Assembly: GCA_013265495.1 (NCBI GenBank)
Contig: MU059953.1
Coordinates: 4,798,501-4,862,500 of the forward strand
Length of the DNA: 64,000 nucleotides
Direction of reading: 5' to 3'
Source: Vicugna vicugna
Taxonomy: Eukaryota
Shown here piece after piece: positions 40,901-52,312 of the stretch. The notes below the pieces were generated by a model. That model saw only the letters and a program-made list of their open reading frames with translations, had not been told where the DNA came from and made no database searches. Position 1 is the stretch's first letter. Each line of letters begins with the position of its first letter. The position numbers were made by a program, and so were the translations under genes.

Positions 40901-42070
40901 TGGCGCCCGTTCCGCCCACAGGGGGCAGGTGCCCTTCGGGTCCGGAGGCAGGGGCGGCGGGGGGGATGTGTTCAGCAGCCCTGTCTGTCTCTGATCCTGC
41001 CCTGTGCTGTCTGGGGGGGGAGCCCGTGGGCCAAGGGGCTCTGGGACGGGGTGGCCAGCCTGCTTCCCAGGGCCTGGTGGGCAGCAGAGGCCTGGGCTTG
41101 GCCTGCCGTGAGCATACGGTCTGGGGTAGCCGGTCACTCAGGAGCGGGGCACTGTCCCACAGACATACTTGGGGACTGGGAACACGTGGGGGCCGACAGC
41201 AGCTACAGCAGCTACCATCTCTGGGGAATGCGCCCCAGGCAGCCCACTGTCCTGGGAAGCAGGAAATCGAAGCCTGAAGACCTGGTGGGGGCTGGGCTGG
41301 GCTTGGTGGTGGAGCAGCCCCGGGAAGGTACACTGTCATTTCAGCAAGTGGCACCGACAAAAACACACCATGCCAGGCATGGGTCCACCAGTGAACGAGG
41401 CAGGGTCCCACTCTGGGGCTGACGTCCCAGCGGGGGAACCCAACGTGAAGGTGAGATTGGGGGGGGGCACAGGGACAGAGGAGGACATGGTAGGAGGACA
41501 GCGCGGGACAGCGGTTCTTGGGGGGGGGGTCAGGGCCATCCAGAGGTGACAGTCTGGCCGAGACGCGAAGGAGCAGAGCCCAGGGAGTGAGGGTGAGGGA
41601 CACGCCTTCTTTAAAGTTAGTGTCCTTACCTGCGACCGACCGGATGGGGTGGGATGAGGGCTGGGGGGAGGGAACTGCACGTCATGCACAGGGACTGGGT
41701 GAGAGTGAGGAGGGCTGGCGGAGCCCAGCCAGGATGGTGACACGCGGTGCCTCAGACCTTGAGGGGGCGGCTCCCTCCGCACCAGCCACCTCACGCCTCT
41801 GGGCACCTAGATGTGGGCTCCTTCCAGGTTCCTAACCACCCCCTGCCCTGCCATGCCCCTTCTGTCCCTCAGGAAGCAGACAGAAGCCTACCCGTGTCTG
41901 ACAAGCAGAGGACGGATGACCAGGGTCCACCTGAAAAGGGGGAAGGACCAGGCAGGCCTTCCCGGGGGGAGACATGTCCAGAGCCAAGTCCTGCCGCCCC
42001 CTACCCGCCAGAGACCTCACGTTTCCTTCAGAAAATCAGCAGAGCTGCCTTCTGTCACCGCACCCTCTCC

Positions 42071-42535
42071 TTTTGTTGACAGCTGTACGCAGATGTAATT
42101 CGCACATCATGAAAGTCACGCTTTCAAATTGTACCATACCGCCGTGCCACCACCACCAGACTCCACCTCAGAGCATTTCAGCGCCTCAAGGGGAAGCATG
42201 GTAGCCCCAGCTGTGGGCAACCACCGACCTCCTTTCTGTCTCTGAACCTGCCTGTTCTGGACGCTTCATCTACGTGGAATCCACACGAAGTGTTTATTTA
42301 GTTTTTGTGGCTGAATAGTGTCCCATTGCACGGACGTGCCACGGGCTGTTTGCCACCCGCCGTCTGCCGGGCACTTGGGCTGCCCCACCGTCCCCTGTCG
42401 TGAGCTGCACTGGGGCGAGCCTTCGTGAGATGGCCGCCGTGCCCTCCGCTCTCCGGGGCAGACACTGGGACCGGAGTTGCTGGGCGGCGTGCTGACCGTG
42501 TCGGACCGCTTTGCAACGTGGTCATCTCATTCTCT
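42071..42535 (-). mobile_element. Old L1 (L1MB/L1MC-like) 3' end relic, strongly GC-shifted
   Basis: ttttgttgacagctgtacgcagatgtaattcgcacatcatgaaagtcacgctttcaaattgtac..., ctttctgtctctgaacctgcctgttctggacgcttcatctacgtggaatc and gtggctgaatagtgtcccattgcacggacgtgccac follow the recalled antisense L1M 3' consensus in order. Confidence 0.7.
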
Positions 42536-43084
42536 GATTAGAGAGGCTCTGCTTTAAACGCCGGCCTCTAAGAAACGTGATTCAGGATCGCCATTTCCCT
42601 GCTTTCACACCCAGCAGGGCAACACTAACCTTTCCACTACCTCCTGTTGAGAGTGGGCCGTGTGAGCGGCGTCCCAGACCTTGGAGGGACATGGACCCCA
42701 GGGCTCGCCTGGGCATAAACCCCTCCTGACGCGGTCACTCCAACGGCAGGCAGAGTGCAAGTGACAGGGGCTTGGAAAGTGTCCTCTGGGGGCTCTGTGC
42801 CATCGTAAAGGGGAGTTTGCTTAAGAAGAGTAATGTCCTTAAGAAACTCAAGAACACAGGGCCGAGCGAGCCGCGCACATCCCCCAGGGACACAGACGGC
42901 GCACACACCCAACACGTTCCAGCTGCCCCCCACTGCTGAGCAGGGCCTGTGCCGCTCGCCTGGCTCGCCCTGAGCCCACGTACACAGCTTCCTGGCCCTG
43001 CCGTGCGCTGCGGCCAGGGTCCCCCCCCGCCCCGTCTCCTGCCCCCCTCTAGGACAGAGGGGGCCGTCGCGCCCGCAGACCCAC

Positions 43085-43308
43085 CTTGCTCACGTGCAGC
43101 TGCTGCTGCTGGAACTGCTGCTTGTGCTTCTCCAGGAATTGCTGGTGCTGCTGCTGGACCACCAGGTGCTGCAGGCCCGGGGCGTTCTGGGGCAGGGGTG
43201 CCGACTGGGTGCGCCCCAGCGGGCGGTGCGGCCGCAGCTTGTGCACAGACGGGGACACGCGCTCCGCCCCCACCAGGGGCTGTGCGTGCAGGGGCAGCGC
43301 GCCCAGGC
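43085..43308 (-). CDS. HDAC4: HDAC4 exon 12 (224 nt; 239 nt from the upstream acceptor at 43323): (G)[74 protein letters not shown]
   Basis: Acceptors cttcag|GCTGGTGTCTTTCAG|GCCTG, donor AAG|gtgggt. Contains the RTQSAP 14-3-3 site (S467 equivalent). Confidence 0.97.
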
Positions 43309-46300
43309 CTGAAAGACACCAGCCTGAAGATAACACGGAGGAAAAGGCGGCAGAGGGAGGAGGGGAAGAGGGGAGGCAGGGAGGGCTGCTGAGTGGCTGG
43401 CGGACCACGAGACTGCCCCCGCCGGCCGGCACCGATCCCTGCGGCCCGCCGGCCTTGCTCCAGGCGTGCTGATGCCCCGAGCTCGGCTCGGGTGCAGAGA
43501 CGCTCACTCGGAGGCCACTGTCTCCCGACAGCCAGGCCCACGCTGCAAACGGGATCCAAGCCTCCAAGCGGGGCCCTGGCCCGGGAAGGCGTGGCTCTGA
43601 GCAGCGCTGCGGGCAGGCAGGCTGGCCAGGGCCCGGCTGAGGAAGGCGGCCCCGGCTCTGGAGGACCCGCAGGCGAGCTCTGCCCTGACCTCCAAGGAAA
43701 CTGTCTGGTGAAGAAGGAACCTGTCCTCACGAGTCAAACCATTTCCAGGGTCTCTTAAAGCCTCGGTTTTACACATCAAGAGGGCATTAACACTTTAACA
43801 AATCCTGATGCACATGGTCAAAGCCTCTGCACAAGTTTATGGAGAAGTTTTGCCAACATACACACCCACCTGCTGCACACGAGCACGGCGGCTTCGCTGG
43901 ACCTGGACAGAGTGTCCGTATTGACAGGGGACAATGCCCTTGCTGTGAACCTGCTTTTGCATCTTATTTTAAATGCAACCTCTTCAGTGAACCCAGGAAG
44001 TTAAACACTTTTTTTTCTGTATCCTTCCAACCACCAGTCTTTTTGCTTTAAAAATTGTTCGTTTAGTTTACCATTTTTCCCTGGTTCTGAGGGCAAAAGG
44101 GTCTAACACACCGTTCCCTGACCACCTGGTGGGGCGAATCCCCACACAACATCCCTCAGACTGATGTGACCCCAGAGCAGGGCGTCTGACTTGGGGAGAC
44201 GACAAACGAGCAGACCAATCCCAGCTGTCGGCTGCGCCGAGTGGACGATGCCTGCAACGTGGCACCTGCCCCAGCGGCCCTGCTGACAGGCGGTGGCTCC
44301 TGTCTTCCTCCAAGGGACTCCAAAGCCAGTGGGACTATCTCATCATGCTTTGTCGAGCCTGAGACCCCTGGTGGGTACTGACTCTCAGTCTTTTCCTGGT
44401 TCCCTCGTGGGGGCTACTTCTAAATTAAAAATACTACTCCGTGTGCAAACAGAAAAAAAGATCCAGCCTTAGCAGAACTGTCCCTTGCTCTCTTTTCGAA
44501 AAGCAAATCAACCATCGTCTCCTAAACCATCATCACTTTTTACACAATCCAGTAACTTTCTGGAAGGATGAGTGATCTTCAGTTTTACTGTCTGCTTGGC
44601 TACTAAATTACAACGAGTAACTCAAAAGGAAGACTCAGTCTCTCCCAGGTTTTCTAGAACAATCTAAAAACCCACAGACTCACCCTAAAGAAGGCATTTC
44701 AGCAACTGCTGATCGAGGCATCGCAGGGATTGAACTATTTCCCGGAGAAAAGACGGATGTCACAACACTGCCCTCATGGGATTAAAAGGCTACTCGGTCA
44801 CTGACGAGCTCCCGTCTCAGAAAACAGAGTCGTTTTCAAAGCTTCAGCGTCACGAAAGCGAAGGCTCAGTAAGTGCCGGGGAGCAGACCCCAGGCGGGGT
44901 GTGCAGGCTGACCCTGCCTCGCACCCAGAGAAGCCCCTCCTGGGTCTGGGGAAGGAAGCCCCAGTTCCACAGAGATCACCCTCCAGGGCTGACGTGGGAT
45001 GGAAAACAAGGAGTTCAGAGGAGTGGTGAGGAGGGGCCTCGGGTTTCCGCGCTGGTGTGGGGCCCACTGGGAGCCCCCCAGCCCCGTGCTGAGGCTCCCA
45101 GCAGCTCGGCGTGCAGAGACCCCTGCCTTCTCGCAGGGCAGACACCTCCCTGAGGACGCAGGCCACTGTCCCCGCGGGGACGCGGGCCGACGGTGGAAGG
45201 GCCTGGCTTTTAGACCCAGAGCCCGTGGGCGCCTTGTCTGACACGGAGCTGCCTGGGCCGGACCCCGGTCCGCTTCTGGCTCCACATCACCTCCCACCCT
45301 CATCCTGCTCACTCTGACTTCACTCTAGTTCCTCTGGAGTGTAACGCTGTGGGGCCACCACACTCGGGCAAAAGTGTACTGATCAGCATCACCGAACACC
45401 GGACGTCCTGACTTTCTGGAGCAAACCCATCAGCTGGCCAGGTAGTTTCTGGTTCAGAACCTAAAGATGACCCTTAGGTCACGGACAAGAGGTTTGGATG
45501 GTAACTCTGAACTGGTCGGTTTCGGTCCACACTGTAAAACTTTCAAGTATAAGGGCGATTAGGTTTGGATCGAATTCTGTCCCAGCTGCCCAGCTGCCAG
45601 CAGAGGCCGGCTGTGCAGAGCTGAGCGAGGTGGGACGCAGGGACCTGCTCTGGGCAGGGAGGCCGGGCTGCCCTGGAGCCGCGCCCCTGGTGCTTGGCTG
45701 CCGGGAGGCTGAGCTGTGGCTTCTGCTCCTCCGGCCCATGGCACCAAAGCCAAGGCCCCCAGGGTCCCCCTGCTCCTGCCCGGGGGATGGGGGTGGGCCA
45801 GTTGCCCTGGGGGTCTGCGATGTGCACGTGGTGGTGGTAGCCATGACTATGACCGCTCCTGAGTGAGCACCTGGCCTTCTCTCAGCCACCTGGGCTGACT
45901 TCATTCACACGAAGTGAAGCTGCAAACAAGGCACTGCGGAGACACCTCCACCAGGTCCATACTTAGGTTAGAGAAAAGATGCTGAAAAGCCAAGCTGCTC
46001 TGGGTTCTGGGCCCGGTTCTGAAGCGCCGGCCTTGGCGCTGCGGGTTCTGTCCAAGCAGAGGAATCCACACAAGAGGAGTGACTCCCGTGGCCCAAGACC
46101 TGACCGTTCCCTGTGGAGTGCCCACTGCCCGCCCTGCTGTGGTGAAAGTCTTCAAGGCTCTTCAGGTGAGACGAACGCGGCCAGAGGTCTGCAATGCCGG
46201 CTGCACAGAAGCACGGCCTGGGCGCTGTGCCGAAACCCAGCCGGGCCCCCTTGGACCATCAGCTTCCACGGGAGCTCTGGGACGGCTAACCAGGTCCCAG

Positions 46301-48074
46301 CTACACGGCCACACCCACAGCGCCGGTGAGTGGCCAGGGGCTGGAAGAACGGACGACATGTCACACCCACTGGGCAGTACTGGCTCCTGCTGCCGGCCCG
46401 CCCCCTCCACTCAGCTGTGACTCCTGAGCAGGGTCTCGGGGAAGACGCACCTTGCCTGGGAAGCCTTCCTGGACCGCACCCTGTCCCCATGCCCTCGCAG
46501 CTAGCCCTCTCCTCCGCGCGCCCCAACTACAAAGCTCTCAGTGGGTCTTCGGGGGCCGGCCTCCCTGGGGCCTGGCATGTTGGAGACACTGGTCTGAAAG
46601 CTCTGCTTGCTGGCCACAGGAGCGCTGCACTCGGCTGGGCTGCCTGGACCCCACGTGTGTCCAGCCACGGGAGCAGCACAATGAGCTGCACACACAGCTT
46701 CCTTCTGCCAAACGGTGGCAGATCTGTGCGCACTGCCCTGGCCGGCTGCTCAGAGACTCTACCCTGGGACTGTTTCAGGGCACTCTGCTCTCTTCAGAAG
46801 ATCTGAGAACACAACCACTGTCTGTCGAGGGCCTGGCTGGGGCAGCTAATACTGTGGATGCGGGAGCCACTGTGAGCACCACGTGGACCTGCGGGGAGAG
46901 GGGACGTGGGCCTGAGACCCCACACCCTTGCTCCCCGCTGGACCCGGGCTGGCCGCTCCTCCCACAGGGACTTGCTTCCAAAGCACTTGTGAAATGACAA
47001 GCCCTGACACTGTCCATCCATAGTGACCATCAGCAAGAGGGCAGCTGTGGGCTGACCACTCGGGAGCCTCAGACAGCCTGCCAAAGGCCAGCAGTCAGTG
47101 AGTGCCCCTTCCTGATTCTGCTTAGACACGAGCTGCCTTTCACGCAGTTCAACCGCAGAAATCCCCACTGTGTACCCAGCACGCACTGAACACCGGGTGG
47201 GTGCGGGGGGCACTGGATGAGCCGCACGTAGGGCTAGAAAACCACATTTTCCCTGTGCTTTTAACTTTCAATGTTCATGGCCACACACTGATGCTCCCAC
47301 ACCGGCCTGCACCAGGCTGGACAGCAGAAGGGCTCCTTGGGCCTGGAGGATGGATGGAGAATGGGGACGCTGTTGGAGGTTCTTCCCCCAGGGTGCAGGG
47401 TGACCCCAGAGAGACCTGGGGTCAGGGAAGGGCCCACGAGACCCTGTTAAGGACAGACGGGCCGGTGGGGAAGTAAGGGAGGGTCAGAATGATAAAACCA
47501 AGAGTAATCTAACCACTGAGACCATCACAGAGAGCGGCTGAAGAGGGCCTGGGGGTCAGGGTTGCCCCATGGGTACTTGGAGCTCAGCCAACCTTCATAA
47601 AGTCCGGGGGGAAGCTGACCCCCAGCTGTGGGTGGGGCCTGGGAGGGGGATGACAGCCCTACAGCAGGGCCCTCCTTGTGTCACAGCAAACCCTACAGTT
47701 GTGTAACACTTCTACGCTGTTGCTGCTGTGTGAATTTCACAACAAATTCCCTGCTGTTTTCTGAATAGAACCATCCCTTAGACAGGGCACATGGGAAGAA
47801 GTTTTACTGCCCATAGAAATCGAACACCTACCAGAATCCACACTGTGCCCATCGCGTGTCCAACTTGACCCAAACGGCAGACATATCGCCGGGGCTGCTA
47901 ACCTCCTCTCAGAAATTGAACAGAAGGTACATCAGACACTCTGTGCTGTACCTGGCGCTGCAGGTAGACCTGTTTCATCCGAGCACACGCTCCCGCGAGG
48001 GGGCGGCGCACGGGAGCCCTGGGGGTGGAAACGGCAGCCTGCGGCCCTCCCTCCGTGGCCCGGCCGGCACTCAC

Positions 48075-48273
48075 CTGTGACGAGGGGCGTCTGTGCGGGC
48101 GGCTGCTCCAGGAGGACCATGTGCTGCAGGAGGGAGCTGTGCGCCGCCCCTGCGTCCCGCTCCAGGGGCGCCGTGCTCAGGTAGGGGGCGAGATGGGTGC
48201 CGGGAAACAGAGAGAGGCGCTGCTGGAGGGCTGGGAGGGTCAGCCTCTCAGCTTCCTGCTGGCCTGCCGCCCC
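48075..48273 (-). CDS. HDAC4: HDAC4 exon 11 (199 nt): [66 protein letters not shown](G)
   Basis: Acceptor ctctgcag|GGG, donor CAG|gtgagt. Confidence 0.97.
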
Positions 48274-48360
48274 CTGCAGAGGCACAACCGGACGTCCAGG
48301 GTCAGGCTGGCGACAGCCGCTGGGGGCCACCGCCACGCAGACCCACGGACGCCTACTTAC

Positions 48361-48477
48361 AGCAGACGGGCCGGTGGCAGGAAGTCCCAGCGTGATGTTG
48401 GGCAAGGAGGGTGACGTGTAGAGGGGCAGCGGGCCCACGGAGCCTTCCCGGGTCACCAGTCGGTGCGCCAAGCTGGC
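48361..48477 (-). CDS. HDAC4: HDAC4 exon 10 (117 nt): [39 protein letters not shown]
   Basis: Acceptor gtctccag|GCC, donor GCT|gtaagt. Contains the [15 protein letters not shown] motif (S350 equivalent). Confidence 0.97.
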
Positions 48478-49014
48478 CTGGAGACAGAGCGCATGGGGGC
48501 CGTCACGGGGGGTCTGCCCCGGCCACGCCCGGGCAACACACACCAGGGGAAACACCTGCAGGGCGGCCCGCGCCGAGTTGTGGAACACCCGGGGCAAAAG
48601 TACGTAGCAAGCTACAGCACGCAGGCGAGTGCGACATTTCAAAGCCGGCCACGGGCACGGAAATCTGCACGCATCACACTCTTGTTTGCTTTGGTTCAGA
48701 TCACTCATTCATCAGCAAGCTCTCGGGATGAGATCTATGACAATGTGCTTAAAATACACTCCCGGGGTCGGGTCGTCCTTCCAAACATAACACGGGAGGT
48801 AGGAACTGGGGGGAAAACACCGATGAAAAAAACCCCGACATAAAAGGCAAACAAGGGTGACGCCAGAGTCGGGCACGCGTGGCGCAAAAGCAGCATGTAG
48901 AGAGCGTGCAAGTCTCACAGCAATTTGAGGAAAGTGATGGCAAAGAGGAACCAACATGGGGACAAAAGTCAGGGGAAAAAAGACTCAGCGTCACCCGTGA
49001 CCTGAAAACATCTC

Positions 49015-49197
49015 CGCGCTGCAGAGCACAGGGAGCTGCTCTCACCATCTTGTAGTGAGTTACGGTTAAAAAGACACGGAAACAAACGCGTGTGCGCCCG
49101 TACGGCTGAGTCGCCGTGCTGTCCACTAGCAACCGACACAGCACTGTAAACTGACTAAACTTCAACTAAAGTATATTAAAAAATAAAAATAAAAACA
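49015..49197 (+). mobile_element. Short 5'-truncated L1 3' end (same family as 5559-6230), antisense to HDAC4, with a perfect TSD
   Basis: Its reverse complement begins ttagttgaagtttagtcagtttacagtg, like the 5573 copy. A-rich tail at 49167-49197. Perfect 10-bp TSD aaaacatctc (49005-49014 / 49198-49207) at a tg|aaaa endonuclease-like site. Confidence 0.85.
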
Positions 49198-49214
49198 AAA
49201 ACATCTCTAAAAAT

Positions 49215-49640
49215 CGAAACACGTATTTAAGAACCTATCAAGTTGGCAAAGATTCTCAAGTGGCTCCAGCATCTTAACCCAGAGAAGCAGAAGCGCACCG
49301 CCAGGTGGGTTATACACGGGCCCGCTCTTTCTGCAGGACAGTTTGGCAGTCCACGTCTGAAGCCTGAGAAACTGACCTAACGTTTGATCCTAGAGACCAC
49401 CTCCTCTTGCAGGATGTGTTCTGAGGAAGCGGCCAGATGCAGACAGACCTGACCAGGGGCGCGCGCGCACGTGCCAGGGAAGTCGGGGAGGGCACGTGTT
49501 TACACACGGGGATGCTCGGGCGGTCGGGGAAAGCTGTGCCGGTTACTCGGGACCTTGTTTACTGCGTGTGGTCAGGCAGCATCCTCCAAGGACTTGAATA
49601 CTGCAGTATTTCACATCGTTTTGTCACTAAAATGAACAGT
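49215..49640 (+). mobile_element. Probable ancient L1 (L1MC/L1ME) ORF2 3'-end relic
   Basis: acctatcaagttggcaaagattc, gccaggtgggttatacacgggcccgctctttctgcaggacagtttggcagt and cgtttgatcctagagaccacctcctcttgcaggat resemble recalled L1M ORF2-end consensus blocks in the expected order. Confidence 0.5.
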
Positions 49641-52199
49641 CTTTGCTATAAGGACACTGTTTCATTCACGCTGGGTCCCCTCCTCAGGAGACCCTCAAGG
49701 ACACGTGCAGGACCAAGAGCACACAAAGAAGAGGACAAGCAGGTGGCCCGTCCCAGCGCTCGCTGGTGGTGTACGGAGACAACACTGGTTTTCTCCTGCT
49801 TCTCACAGTGGACTCAATAGTTAAGGATGAGAAATGCTGTGGGTGCTTTAAAACTTCATCTGCAAGGTAAAAAAAATATGAGTCGAAAGTCATCCTGAGT
49901 TACTGTAAACAGCGGCGTGCGGGCCGCAGCCCCAGCCAGGAGGCGCCGCCGCTCACTCCGGTGAAGGACGGAGGGACTACCTTCCCGGCGTGGGCGTCGA
50001 CGTTCCGAGCCCTGCACGGTCCCCAGGTGGCTCTGATGCGGTCATGCTCGGCGTCATCTGGAAACACACACCTGATGAACGCCGTCCTCGTGCCATCAGG
50101 GAAAACAGAAAGACCGGCTCTCTTCACTGGGGAGGAAACTGAGTGCGCCCTCACCCGGACAGATGTTTGGCCACACATCACGCTGAACTGTAACGCCTAG
50201 AGGGCTACTTAAGAAGTCGCCTTCTCCTAGACAAAAGCACCGGCAAGCTGTGATTTAGAGAAACTGACTGACACTGCCAAGGAAAGCACGGTTTCGCTGT
50301 ATTGTAACTGTCCAGGAACAAAATAAGCAAACATCCGACATTTGCAAAGTTATCATTTCCTCTTTACAACCCAGCCTGTCTTGTTTTTTTAAACCTAATT
50401 TATTTTTGGAAATAAAGCAGCCTTCTGGGAATCGCCTGGTGTGTTGACTTGTCCATGTTTCCGGTGTTGGCCGTCTCCACCTGCCCCATTATGAAAATGC
50501 TCAGCTGCCCAGTGCTCCATGGAGAGTCCGGGCCGGGTCAGCGCGCCCGCGGCATGCCTCCGACCACACTTGGCTTTCTGCACCGGACGGCGCGGCTCCT
50601 CCGGGAGACTGTCTCCGGGCTAGGGGAGCCCAGCTTCCTCCGCATGAGGGAGGTGGGGGGTGCTGAGCTTCTCTCTGTCCAGCGGGAGGGGGTGCAGAGC
50701 CAGGCCAGTGGTCCCCTCCCACACAAGGACCCCCTCCTGTGTGAGGCCCCCACGCTGCCTCTGGATCAGAGGACGTGGAGCGGCCAGCCTCGGCCTTGGC
50801 CTCGGCGTCACAGAAGCGCTCAGGGAACTGTCCTGTTCTAAGGATTTCTACTTGAAATCCACAAAGGACGTGATCGAATTCTCAAAGAGCCCCCTGTGAG
50901 TACAGTGAGCCTCTCCCATGAAAACTGCACCCTTCACATTCCTGTGACTCCTTTTCCATCTTCTATGAACTTGCAGGAGCTGAACTGACTTTACCATGTG
51001 ATTTGTAAAAATTAACACACAATTTAAACCGGCATCCACCTGAATAAGGCATCTTGACAACATGAACCATTAGGTAGGTAACTGCCAAAGTTAAATAAAC
51101 TCAAGATCTGCGGCCACTATCAACAAGCCACAGATACCATTTACGTCTCGGTCCAGGAAGCAGCTTTTAGGCCAGGTTCTAAGGCTAATTCCAGGTAGAC
51201 CTCAGCTATGACCTCAGTCTTACAGAGAAGGACTGTTAAAACTTAACCATCTATAAACAAGTATTTAAACAGGTAGGTTGAAGTGGACAGGTCATAAAAG
51301 AAAGAGACGTAAAGAAAAAGAATATGGATTAAGCAAACTAGAGGCAGGGGTGCAAAATCATTTCCAGCAGTAAGTTTGGATTCCAAAAATCTGCTGACAC
51401 ATTAAGCGTCTAGAAATTTGAAATGAAAATGCTTGGCATGCACGTGCGCCTGCGGACGCCGGCCAAGAGCTGTCAGCCTCTGGGAGGGTGGGGTTCGTGC
51501 CTGAACGCGTAAGAGGAAAGCAAATAACCGCGTTGAATACATTACAACCTCCTGCAAGTTAGAGGGTGCTTAAAAAAAAAACCAGGAGAAACCCCTGTTC
51601 AGCAGGACCGTCCTCAGCAGGAGGCGGCAGGCACCACTGCTTGGTTCCCGGGAACTGGGTGTGGAGCCGGCTTCCCCATGTGCTCGGCTGCATGAAATTC
51701 CTGCATCCTTCCCAGTACTGGTCAGCACCTGCCCATCCTGGGCAGTACGGGGGGCAGCGCCCTTGGCTGGGGGCCGGACCCAGACAGGCAGGAGGCAGGA
51801 GCCCCAAAGACACCCGTGGGATGGGCAGAGGGAGCGAAATCAGGAGAGGTGAACATATGGAGCGAAGGTTCTGGAACTTGCTGCCCTGAACGCCGCCCCA
51901 ACCCAAGTCCAGTCAGGGGCACGCCCTGCAGCCAGCCCGGGGCCCTCCTCCTGGCCAGAGCGGCCCCCACCCCTTCTCCCTGAAGCTCTGTGCACCCACA
52001 TCCCCCTGCACCTGCAGGGCACCTGGGGTCTGCAGGCAGAGGCAAGGGGCACTGGCCCTGTGGCCTGAAGCTCACGGTTCCCGAGACACTTCTGAAATGC
52101 CGCCCTGACAGGATTCAAGGGCATATGGAAACTGCTCTTTGGCTCCACCTCTGGGCTGGCCAAAAACACCGGACAGGGATGGGAGCTCTGGGCACTGAC

Positions 52200-52312
52200 C
52201 TCGGTCGGGATGCTGGGGACGGCGGGCGCGATCCCATTCTCCGTGCTGACGTTCCCGGAGCTGTTGTTGGGTGAGCTGGGGGCGGAGCCCGGGGCACTGC
52301 TGCACGCGGAGT
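52200..52312 (-). CDS. HDAC4: HDAC4 exon 9 (113 nt): (D)[37 protein letters not shown]
   Basis: Acceptor ccccacag|AC, donor GAG|gtcagt. Confidence 0.97.
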
